From Batkoa obscura (Eukaryota), in the NCBI GenBank assembly GCA_030770535.1, contig JASVEC010000022.1, positions 496,001 through 560,000 on the forward strand: a stretch of DNA of 64,000 bases, in the 5' to 3' direction. Shown here in pieces: positions 39,973 through 51,585 of the stretch. The first letter of the stretch is position 1. Each line of letters starts with the position of its first letter. Under the pieces are notes generated by a model. That model was given only the letters and a program-made list of their open reading frames with translations, did not search any database and was not told the origin of the DNA. A program made the translations under genes and the position numbers.

Positions 39973-40597
39973 TCAACAAAGATATGTTTTGAATTCGTAT
40001 ACTTTTTCAATAATAATTTTACATTCTTATGATATGATATTACATCTATTAGGTTTCAAAGGTTATTTAAATGCAATCCGTTATCGAATATCACTTTATT
40101 TTTTGTATCGATAAAATGATAGTTAGGATTTAAAGATTTTAAAGTAGTTGATCTGTAAATTAATTTTATTTTTTGATTAACTTTTTATTGTTTGAAATTT
40201 TGTATCGAATGTATATAATTTTTTATAAGTATAATAGTATTGGTATTTAGAAACATTCAATTAATAAAATTGGTTAGAAATTTATTGATTTGATGAACAG
40301 TGTGATGTTTTAAATAATAGTAAATCAAAGGGTATTATAATTATTTTATTAGTCTTTTTAAAATCAAATATGGGAGTTGTCATTTGTTAATTAATTTTCA
40401 ATTTTTTATACACGTAAAATAAGAAAGATTATTAGTAAAATATTAGAATAAAAGGCATACCTATAGACTATTTTTGATAAAGAATTGAGATAGCTAAATA
40501 GTTTTTAAAGTAAAAAAGTCAATCATACTTATTATGATGTTCTTGGTTTTCAAAGTATATTATAGTCTTGTTTCAAAAGCAAATATATTTAGCGTGG

Positions 40598-40718
40598 ATT
40601 TGATGAAGTAGGAAAGTGTTATGAGACGGAATATTTGCCCAATTACTAACGATTTCTGGAATATTTGCTAATAACTGGTAAATATTCCGCGCCATCACAC
40701 TTTTCCACTTTATCAAAT
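40598..40718. repeat. ~120-bp imperfect foldback (inverted repeat, ~50-bp arms)
   Basis: Left arm atttgatgaagtaggaaagtgttatgagacggaatatttgcc versus the reverse complement of the right arm atttgataaagtggaaaagtgtgatggcgcggaatatttacc. Confidence 0.8.
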
Positions 40719-41377
40719 ATGTTGGTTTTGAATGAAAATAAATAAAATATCAATATTTTTATTTTAATGAAATTGAGGTTCATATTTTCAGGGTAAGAAA
40801 GTAAAAAATTAAGCTTAAATAAATTCTTGATTTCTATTAAACTAAAAATTTCGACCCCACATTATTGAGATTATTAATGTGACTACTTTTTTTTACAATG
40901 ACCAATCAGATAACAAATTTTCGAAAATATTGAACTTGTATTGAATAAAAAAAAGAACTAAATTTTCACACCCATCGGTAATTAGATGAAACCATATACT
41001 TTATATAGCGATTTTCTAAGTAATTTTATTATGTTAAAATCAACAAATAGTATTAGTAGTCCTTATATAAATGTAATCAAAACCAATTTTAGATTCAAGC
41101 CGCATAACAAAATGGATAAAACATGAATTTTTGACTGATTTAAATTTTGTAAATTCAAATAATTAACTTTCTCTTTCTATTTTCTTGATATACTTGATCA
41201 TTTTATTTTGATTAAAGTTTTATTATAGAGGTATATTTCAATAATTAAAAGCAATACTAACTAATGAATTTTTACTAATACAATAATTCAATTTAGAAGC
41301 CTTTCTTTAATTTTAATAAAAAGAAATTAAAGAAATTAGTTGTTCGGTTATAGTTTAATAATATTTATGTATTGGTT

Positions 41378-42830
41378 ATGGAAGAATTCACGTTTTTATT
41401 ACCCCGTCCACAATGGCAACCCGATGAAGTATCGAGATATTGCAAACGATGTCATGTCAATTTTTCATTGTTCAATCGAAAGGTAGTATCAATTATATGT
41501 TACTTCTATTAAATATTAATAATTTTAAATAATTTAGCATCACTGTAGGCATTGGTAAAATGATTATAGAAATATTATAAAACAATTTATTGAATAAATC
41601 ATTCAATTTAAGTGGCTTGATCTATTGTAATACTTGTTGTTCAAGAAAAACTTCACTTCGCCAATTAGGTTATCAGGACCCAGTAAAAGTTTGTGAAGAT
41701 TGTTTCGAAGTAGCTTATTTAATATCCTACGTTCTTCAATTGGAATCTAAAAGTACTCAAGTAATTATTAATTTTTATATATTTATAGCAATTTTTTATC
41801 CTTTTTTAAGTTACATGGCGCTCGTGGATTACTTGCTTTATTAGCTAATAAGGATGGTAAATATTACAATACTGCATATGTTAAATAGTATAATATCAAA
41901 AATAATTCATTAGAATCACAAATAAAGATGTTTATTCAAAATGGAGTACTTGATGCATTTATCTTCCTTTCACAAAAGTCATTATCACCAGAGTTACATT
42001 TGCTTTCAACTATAGCGTTAAGATTTTTAATTGAAAATGGTATTACTTTTATAACTAGAATATCAGATTATTAATTTTATTTAGAGTATTTGAAATTTTT
42101 TTTACAATCGAATGCGTCCAATGAACATTCTGGGAAAACATTTAAAAGGTTAATTCGAACAATTACATCAATATTAGAAGTTTATACATTAGTACCCGAA
42201 ATTAAAGGAGATGATATTGGAGTTTATTCCATCCATCGTATCATATTTAATACTATATTATCAGCTAGTAGAATTGTATTAATATCATCTCAATATCCCG
42301 ATTCAGCGTCTATATTGATTAATTCTAGATGGCTTTATTTTTTCTTAGACGGTATGGAACAAGCTATTTATGATTGTGGTTATACTTTAAGAAGAGATAA
42401 ATATTTTAAACCAAATTGTACAAGTCCTTCTTTATTACATGGTTTATTTGATGATCAAAGTGATGGTGTTTCTTATATTACTCCAGCTTCTTCACCTAAT
42501 CCAGATGAATCTCAAATGAATAATTTATCTGCTCCACCAGATGATCTTTGGTTAATTGCACTTGAATTACAAAGTACAGCTGCAAAAGCCATTTTTGTTT
42601 TGTGTCAATCAGGTATATTTTATTTAATTAACTATTAATATTCTAAAACAATTATTATAGCTATAAAATATGACATCCAAGGATTTAATAGTTGTGAAAT
42701 TGCTCATCGTCTCCAACATATTCAATCTTTATATCAACCTTATTATAATAATGAAAACAATAACCACCAATCTTCAGTTAAATCAGCAATGGATACTATT
42801 CAAAATTGTATTGATTTAGTAGGCTTTTAA
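41378..42830 (+). CDS. FYVE zinc-finger protein with helical (ARM-like) C-terminal region, multi-exon
   Basis: WQPDEVSRYCKRC...FSLFNRK|HHCRHC (17-nt micro-exon 41538-41554)|GLIYCNTC...VKVCEDC gives the WxxD, R(K)HHCR and xVC FYVE motifs. The 3' end is uncertain (alternative spliced end at 43033). Confidence 0.8.
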
Positions 42831-44046
42831 TTACTCACTATTTCTGTTTTATATCATCTTATTTATAGATTCTATATCAAAAAAACTTTCTAAAAGTTTT
42901 TAATTCCATTCTTTTATTCTTTTTATTGTCTAATTTAATTATGTCAATTTTATATTATTCTCCTCTTATTCCAATAAACATTTATATTTATATTTATATT
43001 GCTTTTCTTTATTACTTTCTAGTTCTAAATTAAATGAATATATTTAAAATATTAAAACATTTCTAAAAACTAATATTATTTTAAATATTATAAATAAAGA
43101 TGCAGTCATTTTAGTTCAAGTGTACAATATTTGAAAATTTTTTTTGGGAACTATTTGTTTGAATGCATTTTGTTAAAGCTTAATCCTTAGGCTTTAACAA
43201 ATTTATGTCTAAAATCTTATTTTGAAATGAACAGTTCAAAAGCGCAAAATAGAATTAAAATACTTGAAAATAAATAAATTTCTTTTATTAAAACCTCTGG
43301 TAAAATTTAAAATATTGACTTCCAGCTTTTAAAATTATTTTCTAACTTTAAAGTTGGAATTCGATATCGTATGGACTGAGTTAAAGCTGTAAAATTCCAA
43401 AATAAACATTAATTATATTTAATGTAAAGTTTGTTTTTATTTCAGTTTGTTAAGTTGTCAAATGATGATATAACTTGTATAGATGACTATATCTCCGTTT
43501 TAATGTAGATAATGATGTTCTTTATAAGAAGCGTAAAAGTTTTAAATTTAATGAGTTTATAATGAACAATATAAATTCAATGCTATTAATAAATCAAATA
43601 TAAAATCATCATTACTAAATAATAAAAAGGTTGTTATAGCTTTTATTAGTTTTTTAATAGCGTATGTCAAAATGATGATTAAAATTTCAATTTATGGTCA
43701 ATAAATCGGTAAAAAGGCAATTTCTATATAAATCAATATTGTTTCAATAGCTATTTATAATATAAAACATAAAATGGTTATTTATATAAATTCAACTTGA
43801 ATTATGACTAATTTACGGGGGTTAGTTAAATTAAATGATTTTCATTTAAAATTATATAAAATTTAACTAAGGTCTTAAATAGAATATTTAACTGTCTTAT
43901 AACTTGTGATTAATAATTTGAACTAGATCAAAATAAATCGAAAAATCAAAAAGTATATAATGAGTATAAGATTGAATTAAAATATTATAAAACAAATTCA
44001 AATAAACACTTTATCAATTAACACCTATCAACAAACTATATTCAAT

Positions 44047-44361
44047 ATGATTACTGATTTTACTGGTCCCATTTCTTACTTTGATGCTCATGTTTATTTT
44101 AAAAATGAAACTGAAGCATCAAAAGCACAAACATTAAGAGAAATGTTATTACAAGAGTTTTATAATATTAGGGCTTATGATTTAAATAACAGTCATAATG
44201 GCGAGTTTCGAATCCAGATCTGTACTAAGAATGAATTTGCTGCTTTATTGCCTTGGTTAACATTGAATCGTAATGATTTAAATATTAAAATTGAACCCAA
44301 AGCAGAAGATGGAATTATGAATAAGGAAAAAACATCCATTTGGCTTGGTGATAAACTTTAG
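44047..44361 (+). CDS. DOPA 4,5-dioxygenase-family protein (copy 1)
   Basis: FDAHVYF, LRE, EFAALLPWLTLNR.DL, IWLGDKL follow the small DOPA_dioxygen family pattern. Confidence 0.8.
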   Translation: MITDFTGPISYFDAHVYFKNETEASKAQTLREMLLQEFYNIRAYDLNNSHNGEFRIQICTKNEFAALLPWLTLNRNDLNIKIEPKAEDGIMNKEKTSIWLGDKL

Positions 44362-45575
44362 TCTCTTTTTACTGTTATGTAAATATTGTCGTGTACATTA
44401 ATAAATATTATTTTAATATATGTTTTTGTTTTCATTTACTATTTTTAAATCTTTAATTAATATTTGTATATTGTCATTATCTTAAGTTGTTAATAATAGG
44501 AATCAAAGTTTAAATAGGCTACTCAATTTGTATGATATTCAAGCTATATATTACATAAAATTTATACAATTAATCGCTACAAATAAGTTCTAAAATGAAC
44601 TAACAGTATATGGGTTTAATTTAAATGTCAATTTAGCACCTATTTGATCTCACTACACTCTAGAAGAAATTACTGCCAATAATGAGGCTTCTACTTTAAC
44701 TACAATGTTATTCCACGATATACAGTTTACTATTCCCTTCTGTCCTACCAATGCCAAAAGCAGATCTCATTTTACTTCCTATTAGGATCAGTTTACATTA
44801 AAAGTTAAATAAATATTATGATTTATAAGATATAGATGGAAAAACAATAACAATGTTTATAAACTGTATATAAGAACATTCCTAGTAGGATTGAACGCTT
44901 TACCAATTAATCATTTGAATAGAGGTAACTTGAAAGATGATTTTTTGATTTTAAATTATATCTTCTAGTAATGGTAAAGAAAATCAACTTAGATTACGTT
45001 TTAGTGCGTTGTAGGCTAAGATAAACTTAGATTTTGGACCCCAACAACCCACAATTTAAGTTGATTTAGGCAATGGGGCTAAAAGGTGAGGTTGGCTATT
45101 AATAAAATCAAAAGTGTCTTTTTTTTTTGTTTATTTTTAGACCATATTAAAGATATTACTTTATCAATAAAATTTATTAAAGAAAGAGATACTTTTATAG
45201 AATATTTAATTTTATTAGAGTTACTTCTTTTAAATATAATTAATAATGCATATCTATTTATAATAATATGAGGACCCATATGGCAATGAATAAATCAAAA
45301 AGCTGGATCATTAGCTTTAAAACGAATAGTGTACCAACCATAAGAAAGATGTTTTTCAATACTGATAGTATTTTTAGAAAATGATTTTGGAATTCTTTTA
45401 AATAGTTTTTTATTAAATTGTTTTGTTCTAATTAATTATAATAATGAATAAATATAATTTAAAATAATAAAATATTTTTAGTATTATTTAAAAATTAATT
45501 GATTTTTAGACTATTTATTAATTACGTTATCTCATAATATACTTTGTTTTTTTATGTTTTTAATATCATTAACAT

Positions 45576-45808
45576 TGTGAATGTTGTTACTCAGTGGTAG
45601 GAGTTAAAAGCAGTTCTTGGTTGATCAACTTGCCTTGAGTCGAAGGATCTTAGTTTATATAACTAAGATAGACTTAAATGAATAAGAATAATACGTAATA
45701 ACTTACGAACTATGTAAAACAAATAGAATAGACAATACTACTGTAAAATCTATGTAAGATGCTGTCAGAAAGACTTTAGAGGCTTTATTAATGGTACGAT
45801 ATTTCACA
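45576..45808 (+). mobile_element. Solo-LTR-like element (TGTGAA...TTCACA), copy 1
   Basis: 233 bp with TG...CA ends and 6-bp terminal inverted repeats. Homologous to 51204..51494 on the opposite strand. No clean target-site duplication. Confidence 0.6.
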
Positions 45809-45811
45809 ATA

Positions 45812-45910
45812 TGGGGAGGTGTTTTTTCGTTTAAGAATTTTACTAATAATCTTTCCACTCAAATGGCACTTAATAAATGGAAAGCAATGAAACCAAAAGA
45901 AGCATCCTCA
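45812..45910 (+). mobile_element. ~100-bp MITE family, copy 2
   Basis: TA-tggggaggtg...gcatcctca-TA; the internal core matches the family. Confidence 0.8.
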
Positions 45911-46231
45911 TATATTCTTATTAATAATTTATTTTTTAAATTTATAATTTAGTTTAAAAATCAAGTATTAGTTTATATATTAATTTTAATTAATTGTTTT
46001 TTATAATAGTTATATTTGGCATAATAAAGCAACAATTTTTTTATTTTATTTAAAATATTATAAATTTTTAAAAGCTTAAGTTATATTAATATTTGTATAA
46101 TATTATTTTTGATTTATTTTACAATTTAACACAAACTGAAAATGACTCACCATATAAAACTCACTAAAAATAGCCAACATGCATTTAAGATTCCAAAAAC
46201 TATTCATACAACAGAACCATTTTCAACTCTT

Positions 46232-47996
46232 TTACTTTTTAAATTTATCTAACAATTGACCTGTTTTTTGAAATAGATATTGTACTATAAAATATAACAT
46301 TAACTCCTCAACTCAATGAAAAAATTAACTTTTTTAAACTTACCTCGCCTTAAGCAAGTCCAATCTTCAACATTAATTAGCTGATAATGTTCCATTAAAC
46401 TTTTTTCTAAATTTCTTATTTCAATTTGAATATCTTTTATCGAATTATAGTAACCTTCCAATTTATATTTACTTTCTCGATCTATTAATTGACATCTAAT
46501 AAAATAAAATATAATGATATTAATTATTAGTAATTGGATTTGATTTCTATCACCTATGAATCAATTGATCCATTTTATTATTAGCTTGTGTTACATGTTC
46601 TTCATATTCTTTTTGAAGTTCTATATTTTTTAACTAAAAAAAATTATTGTCCAATTGAATTTAATTAAATATTATACACAATAACTTTTACCTTTAACTC
46701 CGTAATTTCTTTTTGTTTATCTCTTAATGATTTTCTTAATGATTTAATTTGTCTTATATAATCTTTAATTGAAAACTGTTTTTCCTAAATAAAGAAATCT
46801 CATTAACTTTTATCCTTATTTGAATGATACAATTCTTCACTTACTCTATAAATATTATGATGAAATAGAAAACTACTACTGTTATTGTGTTGATTGTTAT
46901 TTGATAGCATACTTTGATTTGAATCAATAAACGATAAGCTTGAAGATAATATTGTTTGATTTGGATCACTTGAATCACTATTTTTTAGCCTCTTAATTTC
47001 TTGTTGATATCTTAATTCATTTTCCATTAATACCAATTCTTTTTGTTTATATTTCCTTTTTAGTTCAATCAATTCTATATAAAATTTTAAAATCGATCAT
47101 TTATTGTTTTATTTCAATTTCATTACCCTTCAAATTTACTACCGCCAACTTTTTAGTCCTATCAATTTCATTTATTAAATTTTGTTGTTTTTGAACCTCA
47201 CTTTGTTTATATCTTTGATCTTCTTCTAGCCATGCTTGTCGATCGTTATATAAGGTATTATACATAATCTCATATTGTGAATTCTTTAAAATATCTATTA
47301 AACTTTATTAAAAAAATAAAAAAACAAAAACTTACTTTTTCTTCTAACTGAATTTCCAAGGAACTAACCTTGACTTTTAAACTTCGATTTTCACTTTCCA
47401 AATTCGTTTTGATGGTTTCATTCCACTCCTCTTTTTGATATCGATTACTTTTTATTATTATTCTTTTGTTCTTACTATTTTATTACTATTCAAAATAAAC
47501 TTACTTGAATTTAACTCTCCAATTACTTTTATCCTTACTTTTGCTTTTACTTAATAAAGTAGCTATATAATCTCGATCTTGAACTTCACGAACTAACAAT
47601 GAATCTTATTAAATGATAATAAAATAAACAAAACTTCAAATATTACTTTTTGCCTTATCGATCTCCTCTTGTAATACCAAGTTCCTCCTTTGCTCATTTC
47701 CTAATTCCAGTTGAGTTTCGGATAATAATCTTTGTAATTTAAATATTTCTTGATTTCGTTTTTTATTTTCTAGATCTAAATTAAAAAATAACTCTTTGTT
47801 GATTTTGATACTTTCAATTTGTGTTAATAGCTCAGTGTGTTCAACGGATAAGTGATCTAATTGAATAATTATTGTTAATTTTGAGTTTAGGTTTTCTAGA
47901 AAAGATGAAAGGAATATTACCGAACTTTTTTTTATAAAAATTTATCAAATCTTTGTCTAATTCGACTTTATCTTGACCGGTTATTACACAATTCAT
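46232..47996 (-). CDS. CCDC77: CCDC77-like coiled-coil protein, multi-exon
   Basis: Spliced N-terminus DLINFYKKKFDHLSVEHTELLTQIE...KRNQEIFKLQRLLSETQLELGNEQRRNLVLQEEIDKAKIREVQDRDYIATLL and a later IKLEGYYNSIKDI..EIRNLEK. Both align with the two conserved blocks of animal CCDC77 as recalled. Confidence 0.7.
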
Positions 47997-48503
47997 TTTA
48001 TTATTATTATCTTTGTAGTAAGTGAAATAGTATTTAAAAAATATAATATTTCAACTTCAATTTTATTTTTTGATATTTTGAATTTATGAAATTGAGCCAA
48101 TTAATAATCTACTATCTTCATTCCTACCTCTTCATTGTATATAATTGGCTACTTCATTTCCCTAATCAATAATTTTTACATGAAAAAAAATAAACTCAAG
48201 CAAGGATCATATAATAACTCCAAAAAGCCAATTTTAAACTTAATAGTATAAAAAATACATCTACAATATCACGTAAACAAACTTGATTAATAAAATTATC
48301 TAATAATAAGCTAATAAACTTCCACGAAGTCATAATTCTCTTAGAATTAAAATGGTAGCATTTTAATGGCTCGTCATGGTTACGTCAAACCTTACTTAAA
48401 AGTTTGACTCATGACATCATTTTTGTTAATACCTATATAAATAAAGTCAATTAGATTTACTTTTAAAATATTTACATAAAAAATTAAAGAGAATTCTACG
48501 ATT

Positions 48504-49539
48504 ATGGCTCTTTATTATCAATTAGTATTTGCTGTGCTTTTAACTGAGGTAAGGTTAATTATTTTATTCTAGTTAGGATCGATTACTAATTTTCTTTTCC
48601 TTTTTCTATTTTGACTACTTTAGATCGCTCTGTTTCTGGCGCTCATTGTAAGTCGATTTGATTACTAATGGGATTTGTAAATAGTTTTTAATATACTTCT
48701 TATTAGGTTCCAATTCCTTCTACTATCCGTAGAAATGCACTTATTTGGGTATCTAAAAATGTAGTTGCTAGAGTTGATTATACTTTAAAGATTGTATTTG
48801 TGTAAGTTTTTACTTTATATTACAAATTATTCAATATTAAATTATTTTATTTTAAAATAGCTTCATCTTTATTTTGTTTATTGGTAAATTTATTTTAGTC
48901 TTTATAGTTGAGCCATAGTTGAATTTTTTAATTATTAGATTCTATTAATCGTATGGTAAAAGTAAATGAACAAAATGAAAATACGGATAAAGTATCGGAT
49001 ATAAGATTAGATACCAATATTAATTCAAAGAAGTTTTATAGTCAACGTAATATGTAAGTGAATATAAAGCATAGTATTAATATAGTTTATTAATAAATTA
49101 TTTTAGGTATTTGACTGGATCTACTTTATTCCTTTCATTGTAACTAATCTATTACTTATTTATTATAACTTATTAATACTTTATTTAGAGTACTTAACTA
49201 TACTTATTCTAATATTATGGAATTGTTAAATACTGAAGAAAAAATAACTATTTTAGAAGATAAGGTAAGATTACATTTAAACAAAATATACCACATTAAC
49301 ACTAACCTTTTTAATCATAATAGTTAAACAACAATAACACTGGTACATCCACAAGTGAAGATCAAGAAAAAAAAATTGCCGAATTAAGAGATGATCTTAT
49401 TATTGCAAACAAAAAAGTAGTGGATTATGAAACTTTAAAGAAACAAGCTGATCAATTGAATTTGGAATTTAATCGTCTTTCAGATGAACTTAGTCAACTT
49501 CAAAATAAGGAAGATGCAGAGGTTAAAAAAGAGGCTTAA
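48504..49539 (+). CDS. YET3: BAP29/BAP31 (Yet3-like) ER membrane protein, multi-exon
   Basis: MALYYQLVFAVLLTE..., LFIDSINRM, KKFYSQRNMYLTGSTLFLSL, coiled coil (LKKQA) and C-terminal KKEA* ER-retrieval motif. Confidence 0.9.
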
Positions 49540-50039
49540 ATCTTTATTTAAACAATTTTATAAAATTTGCTTTTTAGTCTTATTCTTTTTTGAGTATTTT
49601 ATTTTTAAAATTTGTTTTATTACTATTAATGAATTAGAATCTAAAAGTATAAGAGAAGCTTATTAAATTTTGATTGTTATTTTGATTGTTTATTGTAAAA
49701 AAATTGATAAATAGTACTTATTTTTAGAAGTAACTATATCAATAATCTAAAAAAAAAGTTAACCCTAGCAAAGTAAAACTTACAACATAATAATAACATT
49801 TATTATAAGAAATAGTTTAATCAATAGCACTATTTTATCATTATAATGATAAAAAATAAACAATTTATCTATTTTATTTGACAAAAAAACAAAGCAAATA
49901 CATAAGATTGTAAAATAAATATAACTTAATTTCATAATAATTAAAAAACTTTACTTAACTGAGGACTATTTAATAGATTGTTTTAATTCCAATTTAACTA
50001 ATTATAAATATTTATAATTTAAGTCTAGTAAAGATTATA

Positions 50040-50140
50040 TGGGGCTGTTTTTTTTGGCTTCATTATTTTTTCCATTTTTTAAGCGCTATTTGAGGGGAAA
50101 AATTGTTAGTAAAATTCTTAAACACAAAAATACATCCCTA
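50040..50140 (-). mobile_element. ~100-bp MITE family, copy 3
   Basis: TA-tggggctgtttttt...aaaaatacatcccta-TA. Confidence 0.85.
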
Positions 50141-50609
50141 TATATTATTAACCTTTATTAGAAAAACAAGTTTAATGTCTTTCATCTCTGATTAGGTTTA
50201 ATTTGAATTTAACCTTCTGAGTACAAATATCTTAAAAAATTTAGTTTGATTACCAAAGGAGAATTTCATTAGCCCTGGCTAATTTGATAAACAATATGGT
50301 TTTATTTTGCTTTAAAACCAAATACAAACATAGATCCATCCACCATACTCAATTACTAAAAATTAATCAATTGTTTATTGTTAAGTGAGGGGTCACTGAT
50401 GTACAGCTTCCAATGCCAAATCGTTCAGGGAGGTTCCTGTGGTATCCAAAGTGTTATATATTAGCTATGTATTATCAATATTTGATCAGTCTCAAGTTTA
50501 GCTAGCATTACATATAATGAAATTAATAAACATTAACAGTGAGCATCTGTTATAAAACACTTTAAAAATCCAGTTACTGATCAAGTAGCAACCTAAGTCA
50601 GTTAATATA

Positions 50610-50710
50610 TGGGGATGTATTTTTGTGTTTAAGAATTTTACTAACAATTTTCCCCCTCAAATAGTGCTTAAAAGATGGAAAAATGATGAAGCCAAAAAAA
50701 AACACCCCCG
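50610..50710 (+). mobile_element. ~100-bp MITE family, copy 4 (near consensus)
   Basis: TA-tggggatgtattttt...aaaaaacacccccg-TA; imperfect TIRs. Confidence 0.88.
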
Positions 50711-51138
50711 TATAATTCCAATTAATTTATTATTGATGTTTTAGTTCTTTTTTTTATAGAATAAAGTTATTTATTATTTTTTTAATTGTGGGATTAAGTG
50801 CTAATCATTTAAGATTAAAACTTATAGTATCATTTGATGCAGACTTGTTATTTTGAAAAACATGTAATCTCAAATAAAGCTAGCTTGAAAGCTCAGTTCA
50901 ATTTTTGTAATTTTGATTTCTAACAAAAATTGCAAATTAAGCATAGAATGCTGAAAATAATTACTTTTACTAATTCTAAAATAATACATAAAAATGTTTT
51001 TTTATCTAATATTCATCCGATATTTTTTTCAAAAATTTATATTACAGAAGACAAACTAAAAGTAAAATTAGAAAATATTGTTTTTGATTTTAATTGAACT
51101 TTTAATTTTATTTAAATTTAAAACTGATAGAATTCATA

Positions 51139-51200
51139 TAGGGATGTATTTAAGTGGAAAAATTGTTAGTAAAATTCTTAAACATAAAAATACATCCCTA
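51139..51200 (-). mobile_element. MITE family, copy 5 (62-bp truncated/rearranged, perfect TIR tagggatgtattt/aaatacatcccta)
   Basis: Both ends derive from the same terminus; TA flanks. Confidence 0.8.
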
Positions 51201-51203
51201 TAT

Positions 51204-51494
51204 TGCAAGGAATATAAAAGAGGTTCTTCAACATACTAACTCGAGGCTTTTTAATTGGATTACTCCCTGATAACGTATCATTAATAAAGTCACTAAGTCT
51301 TTCTGACAACATCTTATATAGATTTTTCAGTAGTATCTTCCATTATATTTGTTTTACATAATTCGTAGCTTACTACGTACTATTTCTATTAAGTTAAGTC
51401 TATCTTAGTTACATAAACTAAGACCCTTCGACTCAAGGCAAGTTAATCAAACAAGAACTGCTTTTAACTCCGACCATGAGTATCAACTTTCACA
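51204..51494 (-). mobile_element. Solo-LTR-like element, copy 2
   Basis: The reverse complement matches 45576..45802 (ggagttaaaagcagttct, ttgccttgagtcgaagg, aactaagatagactt, tgtcagaaagact) plus ~60 extra bp. TG...CA ends. Confidence 0.6.
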
Positions 51495-51585
51495 ATTTTT
51501 AGCAACAATGTCAAAAAAAATTTAAAAAATTAAAAAATTCAGAACATTATCAATTGTGATTATTAAAAAAATTTAAAATTTAAAA

